Below are positions 40,067 through 51,942 of a stretch of DNA of 64,000 nt, piece by piece. Below the pieces are notes generated by a model. It was not told where the DNA came from, ran no database searches, and worked only from the letters and a program-made list of their open reading frames with translations. The stretch is from Octopus vulgaris (lineage: Eukaryota). Made by a program: the position numbers and the translations under genes. Position 1 is the stretch's first letter, and every line of letters starts with the position of its first letter. The stretch covers positions 2,852,001 to 2,916,000 of the forward strand of contig OX597827.1 of NCBI GenBank assembly GCA_951406725.2. Direction: 5' to 3'.

Positions 40067-40523
40067 TGATTCAATTTAAAACCAATTGCAGTGATTTGGT
40101 GGAGATTCAGCTATTATTTCTAGAATGTCAAGCAATGACATATAGGTTCTCTCATTGGTTTTAGATACCACAATGGTTCATAATATAAGCAAGACTTGAC
40201 ATCTGATTGCATATTGAGAGGGACATAGATTTTGTTTCATTTCTTGACATTTTCCTTTGTAGTGAGGGCATGAATTACCTTTTAATATACATAAGGAGTA
40301 AGATATATATATTAAATGCAACTATCTTGAGTTCTTCTTTTGTTTACACCTATTATATATATGTGTGTGTACAGGAATGGTTGTGTGGTAAAGAAAAGCT
40401 TGGGTTCATTCCCACAGTCCAACTGCACAGCAACTTGGGCAAGTGTCTTTTACTGTAGCTCCAGGCTGACCAAAACCTTATGAATGGATTTGAAAGACAG
40501 ACTAAGAGAAGCCTATTATGTAT

Positions 40524-40571
<48 letters not shown>

Positions 40572-40646
40572 GTGCATGCCTTCACACACACACACAGTTA
40601 CTGTTACCAAGGAGAATCAGAATCATGTTTCTTTCACATGCTCCTT

Positions 40647-40683
<37 letters not shown>

Positions 40684-41460
40684 GTTTGTATGTATATATG
40701 AATGTGAATGTATGTCTTTATACAAGAGCATGTACATGCAATTAACGACACTACTATGTTTGAGCATTAATGTATAATAAATTACAAACACAAACAAACA
40801 CATAATTCTTTTTTTTTAATATTTTTAATTTCTCTCATTAACAGCAACGTTTCTTGCCTGCAAAGCCTGTGTGAATAAATGACTAAAGACCAATGCAATA
40901 TAAAGAACCAAAATGTAATTCAATTCCATTGTGTAAGTTTGCGAGGCCCCATAAGCTAATGAATAAATATCAATGAAGCAGTGTAATATTCTAGACTAAA
41001 TTCATTTGTAAACATTAAATCTGCCAACTTAGTAAATATAATAATTGTGTTGGACATAACAATACGACTCTGTCCTTCGGGATAAATGTGCACCTGCAAC
41101 AGCGGTAGCAACAGTAATAGCAGCAGATGCAACTTGAAAACCTGTACAAGATGATGTAAAAGAATGTAAAGAGGAAAGCTGCATATTGGCTTTAAATATT
41201 TCTGATGGAAGGAAGACACAACTGGAATAATTTCCAAAAGTTGATGAGAAAATAAAAACAAACATTTATAGATGTAATATGCATGCACCAACTCACAAAT
41301 GCCTTATTACATGTATATATGTGTTATAAGCATGTATTCTCCATACACACATATGCACACACACACATGCACATACTTATGAACATATGTGTGTGCATGT
41401 ATATGTATGTATATATATATATATGTATGTATGTATATATAAATATATATATATATATAT

Positions 41461-41503
<43 letters not shown>

Positions 41504-41609
41504 CATATATATACATAAATATATGAGGAAAAGTTTCAGTTATCATATATATATAATACATACATATATGTACATACCGACATATATATGTATATATACA
41601 TGCATATAT

Positions 41610-41890
41610 GGGTACAGGACATAAAAAAAACGTAGACAAAATGAGAAATGAGAACATAAAAAACAAAAACAGAAAATGAACTTTTTACGGACAACGAAAG
41701 AAACAGAGAAATGATACAGGCAACATAAAGAACATTCCCTTCATCAGTTGTCCCCTGTTTTATCTACTCCGTATTTCGAAGGTAAGGACAAGACACAACT
41801 TTGTTAAAATAGTCCTTCCTGCAAAGCAAATTAAATAAAATTTGGGATTTTTTGCGGAGGGTTAAAGTGGTAACAAAAACAGGACAGTAC
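41610..41890 (-). mobile_element. Penelope-like terminal fragment with a re-ordered hammerhead-like motif
   Basis: TA-rich flanks; minus strand has GTC, GAAA and CTGATGA with complementary arms and a T-rich tail like the 15296 insert. Confidence 0.55.
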
Positions 41891-41999
41891 ATATAAGCAT
41901 GTATTTATATATTATTTATATTATTATATGATCGAAAACCATGCATCCATTTCCAAGTATATATATGCATGTGCACACTTACCAAATTCACTTACAAGA

Positions 42000-42275
42000 T
42001 CAACCAAAGTCTCGTTAGTGGATTTGGTGGACAGAAACCGAAAAATGTTTGTGTGTGTGTTTACTTGTCTTGACTTTACATGATTGTTGTAAATAAATGT
42101 TATATCTTTCAAGTATTCAGTGCAAACTTGTGTGGCCATAGGGAAATATTTCCTTGCTTGGAAACAGGTAAAGATTGATGACAGGAAAGATATCAGGCTA
42201 TAGAAAATCTGCATCAATAGACTCTATCTGACCTATGCAAGCATTGAAAAGTGGATGTTATAATGCATGATGTTT
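42000..42275 (+). mobile_element. A-head/C2-tail element
   Basis: gtggatttggtggacagaaac (family A) followed by the C2 block and tail. Confidence 0.65.
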
Positions 42276-44294
42276 CTACTGCTAATGTATGTGTATGTGT
42301 GTGCATGAAGGTGGATGACAATATGGAATGGATACTTGAAAAAAGGGGCCTGAAATATGTTGGACTTAGGGAATCATACAAAGCATGGAGATAGTACCAT
42401 AACTGCCTCCACTAGAGGTGTGATTTCATAAATTTCATATCTAATTACAATCTCAGCCCAACTTAGCTGACATAGGACTTAGAAAGAATAGCTGTTTAAA
42501 CTGGTGAAGGAAACAAAGACTGCTTCATAAAGGATATTGCAAAATGATGTGAGAGGCAAAAAATCCAAATCTGAGAGCAAATCTTCAGCTATTAGTAAAA
42601 AAAAAAGAAATAGTTAGATGATACTGCAGGAATAATAGAGGGGAAGTAGTATACTAAAGTATGAGTCAAAAGAACTAAAACACTCCAGTATAGAATCAAT
42701 GCTTTTCTTCACTTGGTGGTGGGGACTGTCAGGAGGTACTAAAATCATTGTGATATTCAACTGAATGCTGATGAAGGGATGTTCTCACAATACAAGTCGT
42801 ATGTAAGCCACTAAATAACAGGGAAGCTTGGTGGATGCTTTGGGAAAAAAATGAGATTTTTAGAAACACCATCATATGAAAATGGATTGTGATGCTAAGC
42901 AGTAGCATGCATCAATAATGTCTCAACACTCAACGTTTTTCTAATACCATCAAAAGAAAAATAGGGTTGTCCAAAGCCAAGGATATCAAAGCACAGGCAT
43001 TGTAAGGATATTCGTGCAGTTCAATAGAATATCTTAAAAATAATGATCAATATTTAGAAAAGTAAACATGTTCATCTTGATTGTTTGTGAATTGTGTTAA
43101 GATTTGGGAAGACTGTGACCAACCCAACGAAGAAATATGCAAGCTAGTTTCAGACAAAGAAAGTTCAGTTACTAAAAATTAATATTGACAAAACTCTTAA
43201 GGTAACCTCAGCCAAAGTCAATGGAATCTTCCAGTCCCTACTGAATGAAAAGACAGAAGATATCCCATGTTTATCAATATCAGAGAATGCATGTAAGAAA
43301 ACACCAAGAAAGTAAAATTCTCACAAATCCTATATCTAAAACACCCTTTTAAGTTCACATAAATCTTACTTCATCAAATCAGACAGGGTATTTTACAGAC
43401 CCTTATGAAGATTTCTGTCTACATCCAGTGAGCAACGAGTTGCTTCCACCTGAGTCTAACATTAAGTTCGACTTTTCAGATCTTAAGGGAAAAGCAGCTG
43501 GGATGTTTCTAAAGAAAAAAGAAAAATTCTCGAGCAATGATGATGTCTCATACAAAATATATAATCACTGTTCTGGTGTTTACAGTGTGTTGGTAGGCCT
43601 AGTATTGTGGACGTGGGTGGGAGTACAATGAAAAACTATTGCCTGACTGTGAACCAGTATTATACCCTCTCCTTCTAAAGAGAGGGCACAATCAATCATT
43701 TCCATTCTGATAGTTGAATGAAAAGTGTTTTATAGATTGCCATTAAAAAAAAATGTCACTGTTTCTAGTACTGAATGAGCTCATAGATATCTCAGTTCAG
43801 AAAGCCTTGATCTTCAAATTCTTATGATGCCTTAAATAAGCTCTGATGATCTGAAGCTTTTGTTGGGCTAAGAAGAGAAGAAAGAACCTTCAGCTCGTCT
43901 GTCTTGACCTGGCGAATACACATCAACCGTTTCCCAATGTGTTGCTACACAAACATTTATTGTTTTATTTTTAAACATTCTAAGATGTGTAGGGAAACTT
44001 CCAAAGCAGTACTTTGGGTCTGATAGGTTTGACTTGTATGCCAGGAAATGGTGTGTGTGTGTGTGTAATTTGATTGTAATCCAGAATATAGTATATATTC
44101 TGGATTACAATCAAATTTTTCAGACCCAAATTTCTGGTCCCCAAAAGTTAAGTTGGCTGATATACATTGAGACAATTTTGAAGGACCAAACATTTCATGT
44201 GAAATACAGCAGGATTTGGAAAGATAGCGATGATGACATACTTCACTGATTTCTATGCTTGAAAATGTATATATATATATATATATACACACAC

Positions 44295-44650
44295 AGGAGT
44301 GGCTGTGTGGTAAGTAGCTTGCTTACCAACCACATGATTCCGGGTTCAGTCTCGGGCCGACCAAAGCCTTGTGAGTGGATTTGGTAGACGGAAACTGGAA
44401 GAAACCTGTCGTATATATGTATATATATGCATGTGTGTGTTTGTGTGTCTGTGTTTGTCCCCCTAGAATTGCTTGACAACCGATGCTGGTGTGTTTACGT
44501 CGCCGTCACTTAGCAGTTCGGCAAAAGAGACCGATAGAATAAGTACTGGGCTTACAAAAAGAATAAGTCCTGGGGTCGGTTTGCTCGACTAAAAGCGGTA
44601 CTCCAGCATGGCCACAGTCAAATGACTGAAACAAGTAAAAGAGAGAGTAA
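44295..44650 (+). mobile_element. SINE family A with an internal deletion of the CORE-like segment
   Basis: gggttcagtc is joined directly to tcgggccgacc; otherwise close to the 29178 copy. Confidence 0.9.
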
Positions 44651-46072
44651 ATACATACATTGTTCAATAAGTCCTTCCATTTTTATGAATGTAGTGCTTG
44701 ATTTATGAGAGATTTGGCTATAATTTCTTGCAAGTCAAGTGACTAAGAATGGCTCCACTGTTGAATCATGTCAGGGTGGTTGACCAATTATATGAAGATT
44801 TTAGCATGATGCAAGAATTACATTTTATGGTTTATAAAAGAATCCATAACAGAACCACAGGAACTTGGCATTATTTCTGTGCATTACACTAAAAATGTTT
44901 GACATGCAGCTTGAATACCATTCTTAGGTTCATTGTTTCTGTTGAACAACAATTCATAGAATTTGTTGCTTTTAGGAAATATTTATTGATTAGAATGAGG
45001 AATTCACTTGCTATAATGTAAGCCTTGGCTTTTTTTTTTTATCAATGTTGAATAATGAACCATATCGCAACCATGCAATAACAGCACACACAATGTTTAG
45101 CTGCTTACTTTGTATATATACTTTGTATATATTTCCCAATTCCTCTACAATTCAATCTGTTATTAATTGTTGTTAAAGGCTTAAGTGATAAGTAACTGCA
45201 TCAGTCTTACACAGGCACATGTATTTTGATTTGAAGCAAAGGCCAGTGCTTTTAACAGCTGAAGCATTTACTGGAAACATGCCATGTTTATTGGTTATGT
45301 CTTTTTTTAATAGTAAATTATGCCAGAGGAGCTTTATAGCTGGATTTCAGTTAAGCTAGTAAATGTATACATGTTTGTATTGCTTGCTTACTAATGTCTC
45401 ATGAGGGAATTTGGTAGATGGAAAATGTGGGGAAGTCCATGGTGTGTACGTATGCATGCTGGTGCCATGTAAAAAGCACATGAAATGCAGTCAGTACACT
45501 TTGTAAACGGTTTGGCATTAGGAAGGACATCCATTTGTAGAAACCATGTCAAAACAGACAATGGAACCTGATGTGGTTCCTGGCTTGTACCAGGCTTTAA
45601 AATAAGTACTGGAGTTGATTTGTTTTGAGTAAACTCTTCAAGGCTGCACTCCAGTATGGCCACAGTCCAAAGATTGAAGCAAGTAAGAGATAAAAGATAG
45701 CAAGAGAAAGCATAAAGACAGCATAAATTGAGTTTATCTTCAATTTAATTGTTTTACAGTAATTTGCATAAAGTTGCTGTATTAGAAATCATATTAAATT
45801 TTATTAATTTCGACTCATATTGTTCATTACTGACTAATTTTGATTTGTATTGTCTGAGTTGAAATTTGAATATGGAAGAGAGATAATTGCAGGTATAGCT
45901 GTGTGATAAGAAGTTCTCTTCCCAACAATAACATGGTTTCAGGTTCAGTCCCACTGCAAAGCATCTTCTACTGTAGCTCCAGGTTGACCAAAGCTATGTA
46001 GTAGACTTGGTAGATGGAAACTGAAAGAAGCCTCTTATATATGTGCATGTGTTGCCTTGACTTCATGTGACA

Positions 46073-46627
46073 TTAGCATCCCGGGCAAAATGCTTAGCGG
46101 TATTTTGTCTGTCTTTACGTTCTGAGTTCAAATTCCACCGAGGTCGACTTTGCCTTTCATCCTTTCGGGGTCGATAAATTAAGTACCAGTTACGCACTGG
46201 GGTCGATGTAATCATCTTAATTCCTTTGTCTGTCCTTGTTTGTCCCTTGTGGGTAATAAAGAAATAGGTATTTCATCTGCCGTTACATTCTGAGTTCAAA
46301 TTCCACCGAGGTCGACTTTGCCTTTCATCCTTTCGGGGGTCAATAAATTCAGTACCAGTTATGCACTGGGATCGATGTAATCGTCTTAATCCCTTTGTCT
46401 GTCTTTGTTTATCCCTTCTGTGTTTAGCCCCTTGTGGGTAGTAAAGAAATAGGTATTGTGTCTGCTGTTACATTCAAATTCTGCCGAGGTCAACTTTGCT
46501 TTTCATCTTTTTGGAGTTGATTAAATAAGTACCAGTTATGCACTGGGGTCAATGTAATTGACTTTATCCCTTTGTCTGTCCCTGTTTGTCCCCTCTATGT
46601 TTATCTCCCTGTGGGCAATAAAGAAAT
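46073..46627 (+). mobile_element. Head-to-tail trimer of family B SINE
   Basis: Three units of about 185 bp joined at aagaaataggtatt. Confidence 0.9.
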
Positions 46628-46677
46628 GAATATAAATAGGTGTCACCTTTATGGAAGTAGTGTCCTTCACTTCCAAT

Positions 46678-46975
46678 CATCATCATCATCATCATCGTTT
46701 TAACGTCCGCTTTCCATACTAGCATGGGTTGGACGGTTCAACTGGGGTCTGGGAAGCCAGGAGGCTGCACCAGGCCCAGTCTGATCTGGCAGAGTTTCTA
46801 CAGCTTGATACCCTTCCTAACACCAATCACTCCGTGAGTGTAGTTGGTGCTTTTTACGTGCCACCGGCACGGAGGCCAGTCGGGGCAGCACTGGCAATGG
46901 CCACGTTCGGATGGTTCTCTTACGTGCCTCTGGCACTGGTATCACAACTACAGTTTCCATTGATTTTGATTGATC
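46678..46975 (-). mobile_element. Family C1 element nested in an A-head/C2 element (45890-47120)
   Basis: (CAT)n then the reverse C1 body; the host C2 sequence resumes near 46976. Confidence 0.85.
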
Positions 46976-47368
46976 TTCATGAAAAAGTGTTTGATCATGG
47001 AGAAATATTACCTTGCTTGACAACAAGTATAGGTTGCTGGTAGGGAAAGGCAGTAGAAAATCTACCTCAACAAATTCCATCTGACACATGTGAACATGGA
47101 GAAATGGACATTAGTTTGATGCTGAGGAAGGAATGTTCACTGTTTGGACTTATTTATTCTTACTGATGATACTATTTATACTGATTTATTCTTACTGATG
47201 ATACTAAAATCTCTGATTCCCCACCATCCCAATATAAAAAGACATGATGGTTGCAGTTGTAATGTTCATTCATACCAATAACTTAATTCTGATTTCTCCC
47301 TAACCTGACAATTGAAATCTGAATATTTTAGCATATGCATAAGGAACAAACTGGATTGGAACTGTTTT

Positions 47369-47756
47369 ATTTACATTATTTACATTTGATGGATATTTGT
47401 CCTCATCTTCTTTGTTGTTAACACAATGTTTCAGTTGATACACCTTGCAGCCTTCATCAAGTGTCTTGGGGAAATTTTGAATCTGGGTTCTCATTCCTAA
47501 GTTATTTTTCGATGTTATTATTATTACTACTATTCAGGTCACTGCTTGGAATCAAACTCGGAATCTTGGAGTTAGTAGCCAGTGCTCTTAACCACTATGC
47601 CATATGCCCGTGGGCATATGACGTAGTGGTTAAGACACCTGATGAAGGCTGGAGGGTATATCAGCCGAAACATTGCATTAACAACAAACAAGATGAGGAC
47701 AAATATCCCTCAAATGTAAATAATGTAAATAATTCCTCATCTCTTAAATATAGAAC
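47369..47756. mobile_element. Foldback element: tRNA-like head plus hammerhead, bounded by a 12-bp direct repeat
   Basis: tggaactgtttt at 47357-47368 and 47757-47768; inverted arms; tRNA-like head on the minus strand at 47609-47533. Confidence 0.8.
47635..47678 (+). ncRNA. Minimal hammerhead ribozyme motif (cleavage region mutated)
   Basis: acac-CTGATGA-a-ggctg...cagcc-GAAAC-att; the inverted copy at 47421-47464 retains the acac/gtgt stem I. Confidence 0.6.
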
Positions 47757-47914
47757 TGGAACTGTTTTGTTTTGGTTTCGCAAAATTCCTATTCTTGACT
47801 GTTTTTCCATTCGCCATCTTCTGATGCATCTAGACACGTCATCAGCAATGTTTCTTGCAGTCATTTCACTCCAGGCCTTTCAGTATCTAGCAACCTTACC
47901 CAAATGATGCATAA

Positions 47915-48150
47915 TGAGGCTGAGTGGTTAGGGGTGTTGGGGTCATGATCGTAAGATTGTGCTTTCAATTCCTGGACCATGCAACATAGTGTTCTTGAAC
48001 AAATCCCTTAATAACACATTGCTCCAGTCCACTCTGGTGGCAAAAATGAGTCATCCTGTGGCACTCAAGCATCCCTTCCACTGAGGGAATATATGCACTA
48101 CTGAAACTGGGAAACCCGTTCTATAAGTCTATATGGCTTATGAAGGATCG
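47915..48150 (+). mobile_element. SINE family D (degenerate)
   Basis: Aligns by eye to 27824-28075. Confidence 0.65.
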
Positions 48151-48183
48151 TTTGATCAGGCCCTAGCTTATAGCCAGTTAATA

Positions 48184-48480
48184 CTACCTTTGGTAGCAAT
48201 GCTCTTTCCAACACCTTCTAAACCACAACCACATTGAAGCAACTTCTAATGCTTCTACAGCCAATTTGATGATCTTCCACCTACTGGCTCCTCTGATAGC
48301 AAGCTTGTTGCAAGCGCTGTTGAGGGTCTGATCAGCAAATCCTTTGCATCCCTCCTCGATGATATTACATTTTGCTTGCCAACCATTGCTTTGGTATAGC
48401 TCCACCAGAATATTATATTTCCTCTCCTTATTCTCATTTGCCTCTTTGATGTGGTCTTTGCAAGGAGCTCAGTCAAAAAC
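48184..48480 (-). pseudogene. HERO/NeSL-like non-LTR retrotransposon, restriction-like endonuclease C-terminus
   Basis: PCKDHIKEANENKERKYNILVELYQSNGWQAKCNIIEEGCKGF...EVASMWLWFRR matches the PWE..AHERK..KY..GW...VEVGCRGF...ASxWLW pattern. Confidence 0.75.
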
Positions 48481-49539
48481 TCCTTTCTGTTTTGTGTACT
48501 CACTGAACACAGCTGTATATTAATACAGCATCTCATTCAATGTTATGGTGATCTAACCCAGTTTGATATTTTATATCTTCTCAATATCTGACTTTATAAG
48601 AACTGTTGTCTCAATCTTTTATTTTATATTTTTGCTACAATAAATTTTGGTTGTTAGGGATCTAGCTTTGATTCATAGTCCAGAAATTTCTTTTTTTAAT
48701 CACTTTTATTAAAATGATGCTCTTTTAGCAGTTTTCAATAGGATTATGCCAGGGATTGAAACATATTTTGCTCTATGGAAAGATCATTGTATCAACATAG
48801 TCATTAAGGCATCAAACAAAATACTTTGCAATATTTATTTTGTTTCTTTACATACTGGAATCAAATTCAAATCTTGCCAGGGTGAACTTTGCCTTTCATT
48901 CTTTTGGTGGTTGTTAAAACAAAGTACCAGTCTAGAATGCAGGGGTCAATGTAATTAACACCCACCAATATTTCTGGCCTCATACCTAAATTGGAAGCAA
49001 TTATAATGGAATATAATTTTCACTAGCAATACTGTCTATTACGAAGTGTCAATAAGTTCCGTTGCAACATACAACTTGGTCAAATTAACAGTTCCACTGC
49101 AAGGGAATTGGTAATTGCATCTGTAACTTGTAAGTTGCAGAAATACAAAAGCAAAAAGGAAAAATTTTCCTGACAGTCATCATCATTTAATGTCTATTTC
49201 ATTGAAGACACTTGCCCAAGACGCTAGGCAGTAAGACTGAACCTGAAACCACATGGCTGCAAAGTGAGCTTCTTATCCACGCCTATGCCTATAATATTGG
49301 TTTCAACTTTTGACACAAGGCCAGCAGTTTGTGAGGAACTGGAAGTCAATTACATTGACTCCAGTGTTCAATGGGTACTTTTTTTTATCGATCCTGAAAG
49401 GATGGAAGGCAAAGTCAGCCTCGGTACAATTTGAGAAAAGCAGAACCAAAAGCAGGACGAAATGCTGCTAAGCAGTTTTGCCAGTACAGTAACGATTTTG
49501 TCTGCTTGCTTATGCTTATAATACTAACAGCAGTTTAGA

Positions 49540-49745
49540 AAATGCTCAGAGAGCTATTGCTTCTGCTAGTAACATAAGGATACTCTCTCCTAGGGTAACG
49601 TAGATTATATAATACTTGTGTGCAAAGTCTGATGTTGCTTTGTAGAGAAACATGGACATGAATGTGGAAGATGTTTAGAAGGTTGGAAGGAAATGAAACC
49701 CATTTGGATGTGTAATATTAGTGTGCATGAATGGGGCATGAGTTG
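49540..49745 (+). pseudogene. RTE-clade fragment
   Basis: RELLLLLVT*GYSL...RLYNTCVQSLMLLCRETW; same region as 4405-4950. Confidence 0.65.
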
Positions 49746-49929
49746 TTTTGGCTCAGCATATATGGCATCAATGATTTGATGATGACTTATTTGACATTGG
49801 ACATTTTAATGTTTCTCTCATTCTCCCCCATTCTCTTTCTCTCTCTCTCTTTTCTGTTTATGTGTGTGAGGATATTTCACTTAATGCATATGAGGAAATG
49901 CAAAGTATTTATGTCAAGTAATAAATAAT

Positions 49930-49959
<30 letters not shown>

Positions 49960-49962
<3 letters not shown>

Positions 49963-50350
49963 TTTATCTTTTACTTGTTTCAGTCATTTGATGGCAGCCA
50001 TGCTGGAGCACTACCTTGAAGGGCTTCAGCCAAACAATTTGATATGCCAGGACTATTTTTTTCTTAAACCGGGTACTTCCTCTATTGGTCTCTTTATACT
50101 GAACTGCTAAGTTATGGGGATGTAAAAACACAAACTCCGGTTGTCAAGCAGTGGTGGTGGAAAAAGTCTATAAACACACAAGCACACACACACACAACAG
50201 GCTTCTTTCAGTTTCCATCTACCAAGTCCACTTACAAATCTTTGGTTAGTCTGAAGCTATAGTAGAAAACACTTGCCCAAGGTGCCATACAATGGGATTG
50301 AACCCAGAACCATGTGGTTAGGAAGCAAGCTTCTTACCACACAGCTACAC
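49960..50350 (-). mobile_element. SINE family A
   Basis: Full reverse copy; a divergent + head lies at 50701-50850. Confidence 0.85.
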
Positions 50351-50866
50351 CTTATTTGTATATATTTTTGCATGCACATGTGTGTGTGTGTGTGTTTGTG
50401 TGACTGCTTCTAGTTCCAAAAAGCACTGTTGCCAAGAGATACTGTACATTCAGCCAGCCATGCCAAATCATGAGTCTCTAGACAGCTGCACCTAATTGTC
50501 TCATTCCAGCCTGAAAGATTGAACACAAACGTGCTCCAAGAAAAACTGGAAATCAGTGGAATTGATGAAATACATATATTGCATAGAGGGGAAAAAACTA
50601 CCTTGCTTGGCAACAGGTGAGGGTTGGTGTCAGGAAGGGCATCCGGCTGTAGAAAGCTTGCCACATAATTAGTGTTGTGCATATGTACATACATATTTGT
50701 AGGCGCAGGCATGGCTGTGTGGTTAGGAAGCTTGCTTCCCAGCTACATGATTTCAGGTTCAGTCCCACCACGTGGCGCTTTGAGCAAGTGTCTTCTGCTA
50801 TAACCCCAGGCTGACCGAAGCTTTGTGATTGAATTTGGAAGGTGGAAGTTACTGCTGTGTGTGTAT

Positions 50867-50899
<33 letters not shown>

Positions 50900-51065
50900 A
50901 TATACAGGGGCCTAACCAACCCTTATCAGCTTGTGCCAGCTGCTGTTGAGATATCAAGTGGTCTTGAAACCTCTACTACCAAATTCCTGCCAGGTGGAGA
51001 GGTTGCTGCAGAAGATGTCACTAACCATTCTCCATAGCAATGCCATCATGGTCATTTCTGCAGAC
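50900..51065 (+). pseudogene. Possible CRE-like non-LTR endonuclease C-terminal fragment
   Basis: YRGLTNPYQLVPAAVEISSGLETSTTKFL resembles KYxxL...YxFVPxAVETxG..G..T..FL. Confidence 0.4.
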
Positions 51066-51157
51066 TACGGCTGAGCACGCTATTTGTTGTGGGGTATGTG
51101 GCCCACCACTCCCTCCATCTTCTGCTGCTTTTCTCCCTTTTTTTCTTTTCTTTTCCT

Positions 51158-51390
51158 GTTGGTATGGACGTGTGTTGTATACAGAAGATGACTTTTGGGG
51201 AAAGAAGTGCCAAACATACAAACAAAATAGAAGGAACTGACAAACAAAGAAGACGAAAGAAGAAAATATAGGGAAAATGTGATGAAAGCTCATCTCAAGA
51301 GGCTGAAGATCACTAAGGATACGATAACGGACCGTAACAAGTGATAAGAAACTGTACCGGAGAAGACTCATGCTGCAACACGGGAAAATA
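51158..51390 (+). pseudogene. RTE-clade extreme 3' fragment
   Basis: WYGRVL...KKCQT / IEGT / VMKAHLKRLKITKDTITDRNK. Confidence 0.65.
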
Positions 51391-51808
51391 TGGAAAAGCA
51401 GACACAAAATAATAATGATTATGATGATGATATTTCATACATATTCTTTCACACTTTGCATATATTTTCATCTCTTCTTCTTAACTATGAGCCTCATCCC
51501 ATAATGTCTCACAACAGAATCACAACTACTACTGCTTCTGCTGCTACAACTACCACAACCACTACCACAATTACCACTTCCACCACCAACAAAGCTAAAT
51601 TTCAAGGATCTTTGTAAATATTTAACAATTTTTCTTCCCTTTAATTGTGCCATCTCCACTACCTCACTGCAATATATATATAAATATATAAATATATATG
51701 TGTGTATATATATATATATATATTTAATGTAGGGTAAAATTTTTTTTGAAAAAAAATTTTATCAATGGCCAGCATATTAAAAAATACCTTTTAAGGGTAA
51801 AATTATAA

Positions 51809-51908
51809 ACAACTTATAAATAAGGGCAAACGAAAAAATTTCTAACGCCAAATATGTCAGCATATTTGGCATTAGAAATTTTTTCGTTTGCCCTTATTTA
51901 TAAGTTGT
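51809..51908. repeat. Near-perfect hairpin (48-bp stem, 1 mismatch, 4-nt loop) in (TA)n
   Basis: acaacttataaataagggcaaacgaaaaaatttctaacgccaaatatg, loop tcag, then its reverse complement. Confidence 0.95.
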
Positions 51909-51909
51909 G

Positions 51910-51942
<33 letters not shown>

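Noticed and set aside
41029-41141. Possible minus-strand exon FQVASAAITVATAVAGAHLSRR (faintly RBFOX-like GAHL)
   Set aside because: The acceptor is plausible, but the Ala-rich part is a degenerate CAG/TAG triplet run, two frames are open, and no partner exons were found.
47153-47206. Duplicated ctgatga (snoRNA box or hammerhead)
   Set aside because: A simple 23-bp local tandem duplication without supporting structure.
47533-47609. Genuine tRNA gene
   Set aside because: Has A/B-box-like motifs but no proper acceptor stem, and is embedded in a repeat; treated as a tRNA-derived head. The same applies to the SINE A, B and D heads.
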